Shown here piece by piece: positions 32,801 to 49,800 of a stretch of DNA of 64,000 bases (position 1 is its first letter; each line of letters opens with the position of its first letter). The position numbers were made by a program, and so were the translations under genes. Where the stretch lies: assembly GCF_009914755.1 (NCBI RefSeq), contig NC_060937.1, one strand, 5' to 3'. This DNA is from the human T2T-CHM13v2.0 reference genome, Homo sapiens. The notes under the pieces were generated by a model. It did not search any database. It was given only the letters and a program-made list of their open reading frames with translations, and was not told where the DNA came from.

Positions 32801-35800
32801 CTGTACATGAAATATCAAAGTTCACAAACTATATATTATATACTGTACATAAAATATCAAAGTACCCAAACTATACATTATATACTGTACATAAAATATG
32901 AAATTAAATCAAATATATATTTTATTAGGTATGTAAAATATGAAAGTACATCAAATATAGATTATATACTGTACATAAAATACCAAAGTACCCCAAATAT
33001 ATATTTTATACTGTACATGAAATATCAAAGTTCTCAAAGTATATATTATATAGTGCACATAAAATATCAAAGTACCCAAGGTATATATTCCATACTGTAC
33101 AAAAATTATCAAAGTACCCAAAGCATATATTATATGCTGTACATAAAATATGAAAGTACATCAAATATATATTTTATTCTGTACATAAAATATCAAAGTA
33201 CACCAAATATATATTCTATACTGTACATAAAATATCAAGGTACCCAAACTATACATTATATACTGTACATAAAATATGAAATTACATCAAATATATATTA
33301 TATTAGGTACATAAAATATGAAAGTACATCAAATATAGATTATATACTGTACATAAAATATCAAAGTACCCAAATATATATCATATACTGTACATGAAAT
33401 ATCAAAGTTCACAAACTATATATTATATACTGTACATAAAATATCAAAGTACCCAAACTATACATTATATACTGTACATAAAATATGAAATTTCATCAAA
33501 TATATATTTTATTAGGTATGTAAAATATGAAAGTACATCAAATATAGATTATATACTGTACATAAAAAACCAAAGTACCCCAAATATATATTTTATACTG
33601 TACATGAAATATCAAAGTTCTCAAACTATATATTATATAGTGCACATAAAATATCAAAGTACCCAAGGTATATATTCCATACTGTACAAAAATTATCAAA
33701 GTACCCAAAGCATATATTATATGCTGTACATAAAATATGAAATTACATCAAATATATATTTTATTCTGTACATAAAATATCAAAGTACACCAAATATATA
33801 TTCTATACTGTACATAAAATATGAAGGTACCCAAACTATACATTATATACTGTACATAAGATATGAAATTACGTCAAATATATATTATATTAGGTACATA
33901 AAATATGAAAGTACATCAAATATAGATTATATACTGTACATAAAATATCAAAGTACCCAAATATATATCATATACTGTACATGAAATATCAAAGTTCACA
34001 AACTATATATTATATACTGTACATAAAATATCAAAGTACCCAAACTATACATTATATACTGTACATAAAATATGAAATTACATCAAATATATATTATATT
34101 AGGTATGTAAAATATGAAAGTACATCAAATATAGATTATATACTGTACATAAAATACCAAAGTACCCCAAATATATATTTTATACTGTACATGAAATATC
34201 AAAGTTCTCAAACTATATATTATATACTGCACATAAAATATCAAAGTTCCCAAGGTATATATTCCATACTGTACAAAAAATATCAAAGTACCCAAAGCAT
34301 ATATTATATGCTGTACATAAAATATGAAAGTACATGAAATATATATTTTATTCTGTATATAAAATATCAAAGTACACCAAATATATATTCTATACTGTAC
34401 ATAAAATATCAACGTACCCAAACTATACATTACATACTGTACATAAAATATGAAATTACATCAAATATATATTATGTTAGGTACATAAAATATGAAAGTA
34501 CATCAAATATAGATTCTATACTGTACATAAAATATCAAAGTACCCAAATATATATCATATACTGTACATGAAATATCAAAGTTCACAAACTATATATTAT
34601 ATACTGTACATAAAATATCAAAGTACCCAAACTATACATCATATACTGTACATAAAATATGAAATTACATCAAATATATATTATATTAGGTATGTAAAAT
34701 ATGAAAGTACATCAAATATAGATTATATACTGTACATAAAATACCAAAGTACCGCAAATATATATTTTATTCTCTACATGAAATATCAAAGTTCTCAAAC
34801 TATATATTATATACTGCACATAAAATATCAAAGTACCCAAGGTATATATTCCATACTGTACAAAAAATATCAAAGTACCCAAAGCATATATTATATGCTG
34901 TACATAAAATATGAAAGTACATCAAATATATATTTTATTCTGTACATAAAATATCAAAGTACACCAAATATATATTCTATACTGTACATAAAATATCAAG
35001 GTACCCAAACTATACATTATATACTGTACATAAAATATGAAATTACATCAAATATATATTATATTAGGTACATAAAATATGAAAGTACATCAAATATAGA
35101 TTATATACTGTACATAAAATATCAAAGTACCCAAATATATATCATATACTGTACATGAAATATCAAAGTTCACAAACTATATATTATATACTGTACATAA
35201 AATATAAAAGTACCCAAACTATACATTATATACTGTACATAAAATATGAAATTACATCAAATATATATTATATTAGGTACATAAAATATGAAAGTACATC
35301 AAATATAGTTTATATACTGTACATAAAATATCAAAGTACCCAAATATATATCATATACTGTACATGAAATATCAAAATTCACAAACTATATATTATATAC
35401 TGTACATAAAATATCAAAGTACCCAAACTATACATTATATACTGTACATAAAATATGAAATTACATCAAATATATATTATATTAGGTATGTAAAATATGA
35501 AAGTACATCAAATATAGATTATATACTGTACATAAAATACCAAGTACCCCAAATATATATTTTATACTGTACATGAAATATCAAAGTTCTGAAACTGTAT
35601 ATTATATACTGCACATAAAATATCAAAGTACCCAAGGTATATATTCCATACTGTACAAAAAATATCAAAGTACCCAAAGCATATATTATATGCTGTACAT
35701 AAAATATGAAAGTACATCAAATATATATTTTATTCTGTACATAAAATATCAAAGTACACTAAATAGATATTCTATACTGTACATAAAATATCAAGGTACC

Positions 35801-38800
35801 CAAACTATACATTATATACTGTACCTAGAATATGAAATTACATCAAATATATATTATATTAGGTACATAAAATATGAAAGTACATCAAATATAGATTATA
35901 TACTGTACATAAAATATCAAAGTACCCAAATATATATCATATACTGTACCTGAAATATCAAAGTTCACAAACTATATATTATATACTGTACCTAAAATAT
36001 CAAAGTACCCAAACTATACATTATATACTGTACATAAAATATGAAATTACATCAACTATATATTATATTAGGTATGTAAAATATGAAAGTACATCAAATA
36101 TAGATTATATACTGTACATAAAATACCAAAGTACCCCAAATATATATTTTATACTGTACATGAAATATCAAAGTTCTCAAACTATATATTATATACTGCA
36201 CATAAAATATCAAAGTACCCAAGGTATATATTCCATACTGTACAAAAAATATCAAAGTACCCAAAGCATATATTATATGCTGTACATAAAATATGAAAGT
36301 ACATCAAATATATATTTTATTCTGTACATAAAATATCAAAGTACACTAAATATATATTCTATACTGTATATAAAATATCAAGGTACCCAAACTATACATT
36401 ATATACTGTACCTAGAATATGAAATTACATCAAATATATATTATATTAGGTACATAAAATATGAAAGTACATCAAATATAGATTATATACTGTACATAAA
36501 ATATGAAAGTACCCAAATATATATCATATACTGTACATGAAATATCAAAGTTCACAAACTATATATTATATACTGTACATAAAATATCAAAGTACCCAAA
36601 CTATACATTATATACTGTACATAAAATATGAAATTACATCAAATATATATATTAGGTATGTAAAATATGAAAGTACATCAAATATAGATTATATACTGTA
36701 CATAAAATACCAAAGTACCCAAATATATATTTTATACTGTACATGAAATATCAAAGTTCTCAAACTATATATTATATACTGCACATAAAATATCAAAGTA
36801 CCCAAGGTATATATTCCATACTGTACAAAAAATATCAAAGTACCCAAAGCATATATTATATGCTGTACATAAAATATGAAAGTACATGAAATATATATTT
36901 TATTCTGTACATAAAGTATCAAAGTACACCAAATATATATTCTATACTGTACATAAAATATCAAGGTACCCAAACTATACATTATACACTGTACATAAAA
37001 TATGAAATTACATCAAATATATATTATATTAGGTACATAAAATATGAAAGTATATCAAATATAGATTATATACTGTACATAAAATATCAAAGTACCCAAA
37101 TATATATCATATACTGTACATGAAATATCAAAGTTTACAAACTATATATTATATACTGTACATAAAATATAAAGTATCCTAACTATACATTATATACTGT
37201 ACATAAAATATGAAATTACATCAAATATATATTATATTAGTTATGTAAAATATGAAAGTACATCAAATATAGATTATATACTGTACATAAAATACCAAAG
37301 TACCCCAAATATATATTTTATACTGTACATGAAATATCAAAGTTCTCAAACTATATATTATATACTGCACCTAAAATATCAAAGTACCCAAGGTATATAT
37401 TCCATACTGTACAAAAAATATCAAAGTACCCAAAGCATATATTATATGCTGTACATAAAATATGAAAGTACATGAAATATATATTTTATTCTCTACCTAA
37501 AATATCAAAGTACACCAAATATATATTCTATACTGTACATAAAATATCAAGTTACCCAAGCTATACATTATATACTGTACATAAAATATGAAATTACATC
37601 AAATATATATTATATTAGGTACATAAAATATGAAAGTACATCAAATATAGATTATAAACTGTACATAAAATATCAAAGTACCCAAATATATATCATATAC
37701 TGTACCTGAAATATCAAATTCACAAACTATATATTATATACTGTACATAAAATATGAAAGTACCCAAACTATACATTATATACTGTACATAAAAGATGAA
37801 ATTACATCAAATATATATTATATTAGGTATGTAAAATATGAAAGTACATCAAGTATAGATTATATACTGTACATAAAATACCAAAGTACCCCAAATATAT
37901 ATTTTATACTTTACATGAAATATCAAAGTTCTCAAACTATATATTATATACTGCACATAAAATATCAAAGAACCCAAGGTATATATTCCATACTGTACAA
38001 AAAATATCAAAGTACCCAAAGCATATATTATATGCTGTACATAAAATATGAAAGTACATCAAATATATATTTTATTCTGTACATAAAATATCAAAGTACA
38101 CCAAATATATATTCTATACTGTACATAAAATATCAAGGTACCCAAACTATACATTACATACTGTACATAAAATATGAAATTACATCAAATATATATTATA
38201 TTAGGTACATAAAATATGAAAGTACATCAAATATAGATTCTATACTGTACATAAAATATCAAAGTACCCAAATATATATCAGATACTGTACATGAAATAT
38301 CAAAGTTCACAAACTATATATTATATACTGTACATAAAATATCAAAGTACCCAAACTATACATTATATACTGTACATAAAAGATGAAATTACATCAAATA
38401 TATATTATATTAGGTATGTAAAATATGAAAGTACATCAAATATAGATTATATACTGTACATAAAATACCAAAGTACCCCAAATATATATTTTATACTGTA
38501 CATGAAATATCAAAGTTCTCAAACTATATATTATATACTGCACATAAAATATCAAAGTACCCAAGGTATATATTCCATACTGTACAAAAAATATCAAAGT
38601 ACCCAAAGCATATATTATATGCTGTACATAAAATATGAAAGTAAATCAAATATATATTTTATTCTGTACATAAAATATCAAAGTACACTAAATATATATT
38701 CCATACTGTACATAAAATATCAAGGTACCCAAACTATACATTATATACTGTACCTAGAATATGAAATTACATCAAATATATATTATATTAGGTACATAAA

Positions 38801-40636
38801 ATATGAAAGTACATCAAATATAGATTATATACTGTACATAAAATATCAAAGTACCCAAATATATATCATATACTGTACATGAAATATCAAAGTTCACAAA
38901 CTATATATTATATACTGTACATAAAATATGAAAGTACCCAAACTATACATTATATACTGTACATAAAATATGAAATTACATCAAATATATATATTAGGTA
39001 TGTAAAATATGAAAGTACATCAAATATAGATTATATACTGTACATAAAATACCAAAGTACCCCAAATATATATTTTATACTGTACATGAAATATCAAAGT
39101 TCTCAAACTATATATTATATACTGCACATAAAATATCAAAGTACCCAAGGTATATATTCCATACTGTACAAAAAATATCAAAGTACCCAAAGCATATATT
39201 ATATGCTGTACATAAAATATGAAAGTACATGAAATATATATTTTATTCTGTACATAAAGTATCAAAGTACACCAAATATATATTCTATACTGTACATAAA
39301 ATATCAAGGTACCCAAACTATACATTATACACTGTACATAAAATATGAAATTACATCAAATATATATTATATTAGGTACATAAAATATGAAAGTACATCA
39401 AATATAGATTATATACTGTACATAAAATATCAAAGTACCCAAATATATATCATATACTGTACATGAAATATCAAAGTTTACAAACTATATATTATATACT
39501 GTACATAAAATATCAAAGTATCCTAACTATACATTATATACTGTACATAAAATATGAAATTACATCAAATATATATTATATTAGGTATGTAAAATATGAA
39601 AGTACATCAAATATAGATTATATACTGTACATAAAATACCAAAGTACCCCAAATATATATTTTATACTGTACATGAAATATCAAAGTTCTCAAACTATAT
39701 ATTATATACTGCACATAAAATATCAAAGTACCCAAGGTATATATTCCATACTGTACAAAAAATATCAAAGTACCCAAAGCATATATTATATGCTGTACAT
39801 ACAATATGAAAGTACATCAAATATATATTTTATGCTGTACATAAAATATCAAAGTACACCAAATATATATTCTATACTGTACATAAAATATCAAGGTACC
39901 CAAACTATACATTATATACTGTACCTAGAATATGAAATTACATCAAATATATATTATATTAGGTACATAAAATATGAAAGTACATCAAATATAGATTATA
40001 TACTGTACATAAAATATCAAAGTACCCAAATATATATCATATACTGTACATGAAATATCAAAGTTCACAAACTATATATTATATACTGTACATAAAATAT
40101 CAAAGTACCCAAACTATACATTATATACTGTACATAAAATATGAAATTACATCAAATATATATTATATTAGGTATGTAAAATATGAAAGTACATCAAATA
40201 TAGATTATATACTGTACATAAAATACCAAAGTACCCCAAATATATATTTTATACTGTACATGAAATATCAAAGTTCTCAAACTATATATTATATACTGCA
40301 CATAAAATATCAAAGTACCCAATGTATATATTCCATACTGTACAAAAAATATCAAAATACCCAAAGCATATATTATATGCTGTACATAAAATATGAAAGT
40401 ACATCAAATATATATTTTATTCTGTACATAAAATATCAAAGTACACCAAATATATATTCTATACTGTACGTAAAATATCAAGGTACCCAAAATATACATT
40501 ATATACTGTACATAAAATATGAAATTACATCAAATATATATTATATTAGGTACATAAAATATGAACATACATCAAATATAGATTATATACTGTACATAAA
40601 ATATCAAAGTACCCAAATATATATCATATACTGTAC

Positions 40637-42861
40637 ATGAAATATCAAAGTTCACAAACTATATATTATATACTGTACACAAAATATCAAAGTATCCAAG
40701 GTATATATTCTATACTGTACAAAAAATATCAAAGTACCCAAATCATGTATTATATACTGTACATAAAATATGAAAGTAAATCAAATATATATTTTATTCT
40801 GTACATAAAATATCAAAGTACACCAGATATATATTTTATTGTGTACATAAAATATCAAAGTACCCAAACTATACATTATATACTGTACATAAAATATGAA
40901 ATTACATCAAATATATATTATATTAGGTACATAAAATATGAAAGTACATCAAATATAGATTATATACTGTATAAAAAATATCAAAGTACCCCAAATATAT
41001 ATTATATACTGTACATGAAATATCAAAGAACCCAAGGTATATATTCTATACTGTAGAAAAAATATCAAAGTACCAAAAGCATGTATTATATACTGTACAT
41101 AAAATATGAAAGTACATCAAATATATATTTTATTATGTACATAAAATATCAAAGTACACCAGATATATATTTTATAGTGTACATAAAATATCAAAGTACC
41201 CAAAGTATACATCATATACTGTACATAAAATATGAAATTACATCAAATATATATTATATTTGGTACGTAAAATATGAAATTACATCAAATATAGATTATA
41301 TACTGTACATAAAATATCAAAGTACCCCAAATATATATTATATACTGTACATGAAATATCAAAGTTCACAAACTATATATTATATACTGTACATAAAATA
41401 TCAAAGTACCCAATGTATATATTCTATACTGTACAAAAAATATCAAAGTACCCAAAGCATGTATTATATACTGTACAAAAAATATGAAAGTACATCAAAT
41501 ATATATTTTATTCTGAACATAAAATATCAAAGTACAACAGATATATATTTTATAGTGTACATAAAATATCAAAGTACTCAAACTATACATTACATACTGT
41601 ACATAAAATATGAAATTACATCAAATATATATTATATTAGGTACATAAAATATGAAAGTACATCAAATATAGATTATATACTGTACATAAAATATCAAAG
41701 TACCCCAAATATATATTATATACTCTACATGAAATATCAAACTTCAGAATCTATATATTATATACTGTAGAGAAAATATTAAAGTACCCAACGTATATAT
41801 TCTATACTGTACAAAAAATATCAAAGTATGCAAAGCATGTATTATATACTGTACATAAAATATGAAAGTACATCAAATATATATTTTATTCTGTACATAA
41901 AATATCAAAGTACACCAGATATATATTTTATCGTGTACATAAAATATCAAAGTACCCAAACTATACATTATATACTGTACATAAAATATGAAATTACATC
42001 AAATATATATTATATTAGGTACATGAAATATGAAAGTAGATCAAATATAGATTATTAACTGTACATAAAATATCAAAGAACCCCAAATATATATTATATA
42101 CTGTACATGAAATATCAAACTTCACAAACAATATATTATATACTGTACATAAAATATCAAAGTACCCAAGGTATATATTCTATACTGTACAAAAAATATC
42201 GAAGTACCCAAAGCATGTATTATATACTGTACATAAAATATGAAAGTACATCAAATATATATTTTATTCTGTACATATTATATCAAAGTACACCAGTTAT
42301 ATATTTTATAGTGTACATAAAATATCAAAGTACCCAAACTATACATTATATACTCCACATAAAATATGAAATTACATCAAATATATATTATATTAGGTAC
42401 ATAAAATATGAAAGTACATCAAATATAGATTATATACTGTACATAAAATATAAAAGAACCCCAAATATATATTATATACTGTACTTGAAATATCAAACTT
42501 CACAAACTATATATTAAATACTGTACATAAAATATCAAAGTACCCAAGGTATATATTCCATACTGTACAAAAAATATCAAAGTACACAACGCATGTATTA
42601 TATACTGTACATAAAATTTGAAAGTACATCAAATATATATTTTATTCTGTACATAAAATATCAAAGTACACCAAATATATATTCTATACTGTACATAAAA
42701 TATCAAGGTACCCAACCTATACATTATATACTGTACATAAAATATGAAATTACATCAAATATATATTATATTAGGTACATAAAATATGAAAGTACATCAA
42801 ATATAGATTATATACTGTACATAAAATATCAAAGTACCCAAATATATATCATATACTGTAC
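40637..42861 (+). repeat. Embedded island of diverged 9-mer-type units (copy 1)
   Basis: Monomer order reverts to A-I with unit lengths 378, 336, 378, 378, 378, 377. Private variants include CACCAGATATATATTTTAT, AAACTTCA and AACTTCAGAATC. Confidence 0.9.
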
Positions 42862-43448
42862 ATGTAATATCAAGTTACCCAAACTATACATTACATACTG
42901 TACATAAAATATGAAATTACATCAAATATATATTATATTAGGTACATAAAATATGAAATTACATCAAATATATATTAAATTAGGTATGTAAAATATGAAA
43001 GTACATCAAATATAGATTATATACTGTACATAAAATACCAAAGTACCACAAATATATATTTTGTACTGTACATGAAATATCAAAGTTCTCAAACTCTATA
43101 TAATATACTGCACATAAAATATCAAAGTACCCAAGGTATATATTCCATACTGTACATAAAATGTCAAAGTACCCAAAGCATATATTATATGCTGTACATA
43201 AAATATGAAAGTACATCAAATATATATTTTATTCTCTACATAAAATATCAAAGTACACCAAATATATATTCTATACTGTACATAAAATATCAAGGTACCC
43301 AAACTATACATTATATACTGTACATAAAATATGAAATTACATCAAATATATATTATATTAGGTACATAAAATATGAAAGTACATCAAATATAGATTCTAT
43401 ACTGTACATAAAATATCAAAGTACCCAAATATATATCATATACTGTAC

Positions 43449-46400
43449 ATGAAATATCAAAGTTCACAAACTATACGTTATATACTGTACATGAAATATG
43501 AAATTACATCAAATATATATTTTATTAGGTATGTAAAATATGAAAGTACATCAAATATAGATTATATACTGTACATAAAATACCAAAGTACCCCAAATAT
43601 ATATTTTATACTGTACATGAAATATCAAGGTACCCAAACTATACATTATATACTGTACATAAAATATGAAATTACATCAAATTTAGATTATATTAGGTAC
43701 ATAAAATATGAAATTGCATCAAATATATATTATATTATGTATGTAAAATATGAAAGTACATCAAATATAGATTATATACTGTACATAAAATACCAAAGTA
43801 CCCCAAATATATATTTTATACTGTACATGAAATATCAAAGTACTCAAACTATATATTATATACTGCACATAAAATATCAAAGTACCCAAGGTATATATTC
43901 CATACTGTACAAAAAATATCAAAGTACCCAAAGCATATATTATATGCTGTACATAAAATATGAAAGTACATGAAATATATATTTTATTCTCTACATAAAA
44001 TATCAAAGTACACCAAATATATATTCTATACTGTAAATAAAATATCAAGGTACCCAAACTATACATTATATACTGTACATAAAATATGAAATTACATCAA
44101 ATATATATTATATTAGGTACATAAAATATGAAAGTACATCAAATATAGATTCAATACTGTACATAAAATATCAAAGTACCCAAATATATATCATATACTG
44201 TACATGAAATATCAAAGTTCACAAACTATACGTTATATACTGTACATGAAATATGAAATTACATCAAATATATATTTTATTAGGTATGTAAAATATGAAA
44301 GTACATCAAATATAGATTATATACTGTACATAAAATACCAAAGTACCCCAAATATATATTTTATACTGTACATGAAATATCAAGGTACCCAAACTATACA
44401 TTATATACTGTACATAAAATATGAAATTACATCTAATTTAGATTATATTAGGTACATAAAATATGAAATTACATCAAATATATATTATATTAGGTATGTA
44501 AAATATGAAAGTACATCAAATATAGATTATATACTGTACATAAAATACCAAAGTACCCCAAATATATATTTTATACTGTACATGAAATATCAACGTTCTC
44601 AAACTATATATTATATACTGCACATAAAATATCAAAGTACCCAAACTATATATTCCATACTGTACAAAAAATATCAAAGTACCCAAAGCATATATTATAT
44701 GCTACACATAAAATATGAAAGTACATCAAATATATATTTTATTCTGCACATAAAATATAAAAGTACACCAAATATATATTCTATACTGTACATAAAATAT
44801 CAAAGTACCCAAACTATACATTATATACTGTACATAAAATATGAAATTACATCAAATATATATTATATTAGGTACATAAAAAATGAAAGTACATCAAATA
44901 TAGATTATATACTGTACATAAAATATCAAAGTACCCAAATATATATCATATACTGTACATGAAATATCAAAGTTCACAAACTATATATTATATACTGTAC
45001 ATAAAATATCAAAGTACCCAAACTATACATTATATACTGTACATAAAATATGAAATTGCATCAAATATATATTATATTATGTATGTAAAATATGAAAGTA
45101 CATCAAATATAGATTATATACTGTACATAAAATACCAAAGTACCCCAAATATATATTTTATACTGTACATGAAATATCAAAGTACTCAAACTATATATTA
45201 TATACTGCACATAAAATATCAAAGTACCCAAGGTATATATTCCATACTGTACAAAAAATATCAAAGTACCCAAAGCATATATTATATGCTGTACATAAAA
45301 TATGAAAGTACATGAAATATATATTTTATTCTCTACATAAAATATCAAAGTACACCAAATATATATTCTATACTGTAAATAAAATATCAAGGTACCCAAA
45401 CTATACATTATATACTGTACGTAAAATATGAAATTTCATCAAATATATATTATATTAGGTACATAAAATATGAAAGTACATCAAATATAGATTCTATACT
45501 GTACATAAAATATCAAAGTACCCAAATATATATCATATACTGTACATGAAATATCAAAGTTCACAAACTATACGTTATATACTGTACATGAAATATGAAA
45601 TTACATCAAATATATATTTTATTAGGTATGTAAAATATGAAAGTACATCAAATATAGATTATATACTGTACATAAAATACCAAAGTACCCCAAATATATA
45701 TTTTATACTGTACATGAAATATCAAGGTACCCAAACTATACATTATATACTGTACATAAAATATGAAATTACATCAAATTTAGATTATATTAGGTACATA
45801 AAATATGAAATTACTTCAAATATATATTATATTAGGTATGTAAAATATGAAAGTACATCAAATATAGATTATATACTGTACATAAAATACCAAAGTACCC
45901 CAAATATATATTTTATACTGTACATGAAATATCAACGTTCTCAAACTATATATTATATACTGCACATAAAATATCAAAGTACCCAAACTATATATTCCAT
46001 ACTGTACAAAAAATATCAAAGTACCCACAGCATATATTATATGCTACACATAAAATATGAAAGTACATCAAATATATATTTTATTCTGTACATAAAATAT
46101 CAAAGTACACCAAATATATATTCTATACTGTACATAAAATATCAAGGTACCCAAACTATACATTATATACTGTACATAAAATATGAAATTACATCAAATA
46201 TATATTATATTAGGTACATAAAAAATGAAAGTACATCAAATATAGATTATATACTGTACATAAAATATCAAAGTACCCAAATATATATCATATACTGTAC
46301 ATGAAATATCAAAGTTCACAAACTATATATTATATACTGTACATAAAATATCAAAGTACCCAAACTATACATTATAAACTGTACATAAAATATGAAATTG

Positions 46401-46887
46401 CATCAAATATAGATTATATTATGTATGTAAAATATGAAAGTACATCAAATATAGATTATATACTGTACATAAAATACCAAAGTACCCCAAATATATATTT
46501 TATACTGTACATGAAATATCAAAGTACTCAAACTATATATTATATACTGCACATAAAATATCAAAGTACCCAAGGTATATATTCCATACTGTACAAAAAA
46601 TATCAAAGTACCCAAAGCATATATTATATGCTGTACATAAAATATGAAAGTACATCAAATATATATTTTATTCTCTACATAAAATATCAAAGTACACCAA
46701 ATATATATTCTATACTGTAAATAAAATATCAAGGTACCCAAACTATACATTATATACTGTACATAAAATATGAAATTACATCAAATATATATTATATTAG
46801 GTACATAAAATATGAAAGTACATCAAATATAGATTATATACTTTACATAAAATATCAAAGTACCCAAATATATGTCATATAGTGTAC
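43449..46887 (+). repeat. 18-mer/14-mer block, second macro-repeat copy
   Basis: Unit starts at 43449, 44204, 44959, 45546, 46301 give spacings 755, 755, 587, 755. ORFs 44204, 44959 and 45546 have the same translation as 27188, 27943 and 28530 (offset 17,016). Confidence 0.9.
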
Positions 46888-49800
46888 ATGAAATATCAAA
46901 GTTCACAAACTATATATTATATACTGTACATAAAATATGAAATTACATCAAATATATATTATATTAGGTACAGAAAATATGAAATTACATCAAATATATA
47001 TTATATTAGGTATGTAAAATATGAAAGTACATCAAATATAGATTATATATTGTACATAAAATACCAAAGTACCCCAAATATATATTTTATACTGTACATG
47101 AAATATCAAAGTTCTCAAACTATATATTATATAGTGCACATAAAATATCAAAGTACCCAAGGTATATATTCCATACTGTACAAAAATTATCAAAGTACCC
47201 AAAGCATATATTATATGCTGTACATAAAATATGAAAGTACATCAAGTATATATTTTATTCTGTACATAAAATATCAAAGTACACCAAATATATACTCTAT
47301 ACTGTACATAAAATATCAAGGTACCCAAACTATACATTATATACTGTACATAAGATATGAAATTACATCAAATATATATTATATTAGGTATGTAAAATAT
47401 GAAAGTACATCAAATATAGATTATATACTGTACATAAAATATCAAAGTACCCAAATATATATCATATATTGTACATGAAATATCAAAGTTCACAAACTAT
47501 ATATTATATACTGTACATAAAATATAAAAGTACCCAAACTATACATTATATACTGTACATAAAATATGAAATTACATCAAATATATATTTTATTAGGTAT
47601 GTAAAATATGAAAGTACATCAAATATAGATTATATACTGTACATAAAATACCAAAGTACCCCAAATATATATTTTATACTGTACATGAAATATCAAAGTT
47701 CTCAAACTCTATATTATATACTGCACATAAAATATCAAAGTACCCAAGGTATATATTCCATACTGTACAAAAAATGTCAAAGTACCCAAAGCATATATTA
47801 TATGCTGTACATAAAATTTGAAAGTACATCAAATATATATTTTATTCTGTACATAAAATATCAAAGTACACCAAATATATATTCTATACTGTACATAAAA
47901 TATCAAGGTACCCAAACTATACATTATATACTGTACATAAAATATGAAATTACATCAAATATATATTATATTAGGTACATAAAATATGAAAGTACATCAA
48001 ATATAGATTATATACTGTACATAAAATATCAAACTACACAAATATATATCATATACTGTACATGAAATATCAAGGTACCCAAACTATACATTATATACTG
48101 TACATAAAATATGAAATTACATCAAATATATATTATATTAGGTACAGAAAATATGAAATTACATCAAATATATATTATATTAGGTATGTAAAATATGAAA
48201 GTACATCAAATATAGATTATATACTGTACATAAAATACCAAAGTACCCCAAATATATATTTTATACTGTACATGAAATATCAAAGTTCTCAAACTATATA
48301 TTATATACTGCACATAAAATATCAAAGTACCCAAGGTATATATTCCATACTGTACAAAAAATATCAAAGTACCCAAAGCATATATTATATGCTGTACATA
48401 AAATATGAAAGTACATCAAATATATATTTTATTCTGTACATAAAATATCAAAGTACACCAAATATATATTCTATACTGTACATAAAATATCAAGGTACCC
48501 AATCTATACATTATATACTGTACATAAAATATGAAATTACATCAAATATATATTATATTAGGTACATAAAATATGAAAGTACATCAAATATAGATTATAT
48601 ACTGTACATAAAATATCAAAGTACCCAAATATATATCATATACTGTACATGAAATATCAAAGTTCACAAACTATATATTATATACTGTACATAAAATATC
48701 AAAGTACCCAAACTATACATTATATACTGTACATAAAATATGAAATTACATCAAATATATATTTTATTAGGTATGTAAAATATGAAAGTACATCAAATAT
48801 AGATTATATACTGTACATAAAATACCAAAGTACCACAAATATATATTTTATACTGTACATGAAATATCAAAGTTCTCAAACTATATATTATATACTGCAC
48901 ATAAAATATCAAAGTACCCAAGCTATATATTCCATACTGTACAAAAAATATCAAAGTACCCAAAGCATATATTATATGCTGTCCATAAAATATGAAAGTA
49001 TATCAAATATATATTTTATTCTGTACATAAAATATCAAAGTACACCAAATATATATTCTATACTGTACATAAAATATCAAGGTACCCAAACTATACATTA
49101 TATACTGTACATAAGATATGAAATTACATCAAATATACATTATATTAGGTACATAAAATATGAAAGTACATCAAATATAGATTATATACTGTACATAAAA
49201 TCTCAAAGTACCCAAATATATATCATATACTGTACATGAAATATCAAAGTTCACAAACTATATATTATATACTGTAAATAAAATATCAAAGTACCCAAAC
49301 TATACATTATATACTGTACATAAAATATGAAATTACATCAAATATATATTTTATTAGGTATGTAAAATATGAAAGTACATCAAATATAGATTATATACTG
49401 TACATAAAATACCAAAGTACCCCAAATATATATTTTATACTGTACATGAAATATCAAAGTTCTCAAACTATATATTATATACTGCACATAAAATATCAAA
49501 GTACCCAAGGTATATATTCCATACTGTACAAAAAATATCAAAGTACCCAAAGCATATATTATATGCTGTACATAAAATATGAAAGTACATGAAATATATA
49601 TTTTATTCTCTACATAAAATATCAAAGTACACCAAATATATATTCTATACTGTACATAAAATATCAAGGTACCCAAACTATACATTATATACTGTACATA
49701 AAATATGAAATTACATCAAATATATATTATATTAGGTACATAAAATATGAAAGTACATCAAATATAGATTATATACTGTACAAAAAATATCAAAGTACCC

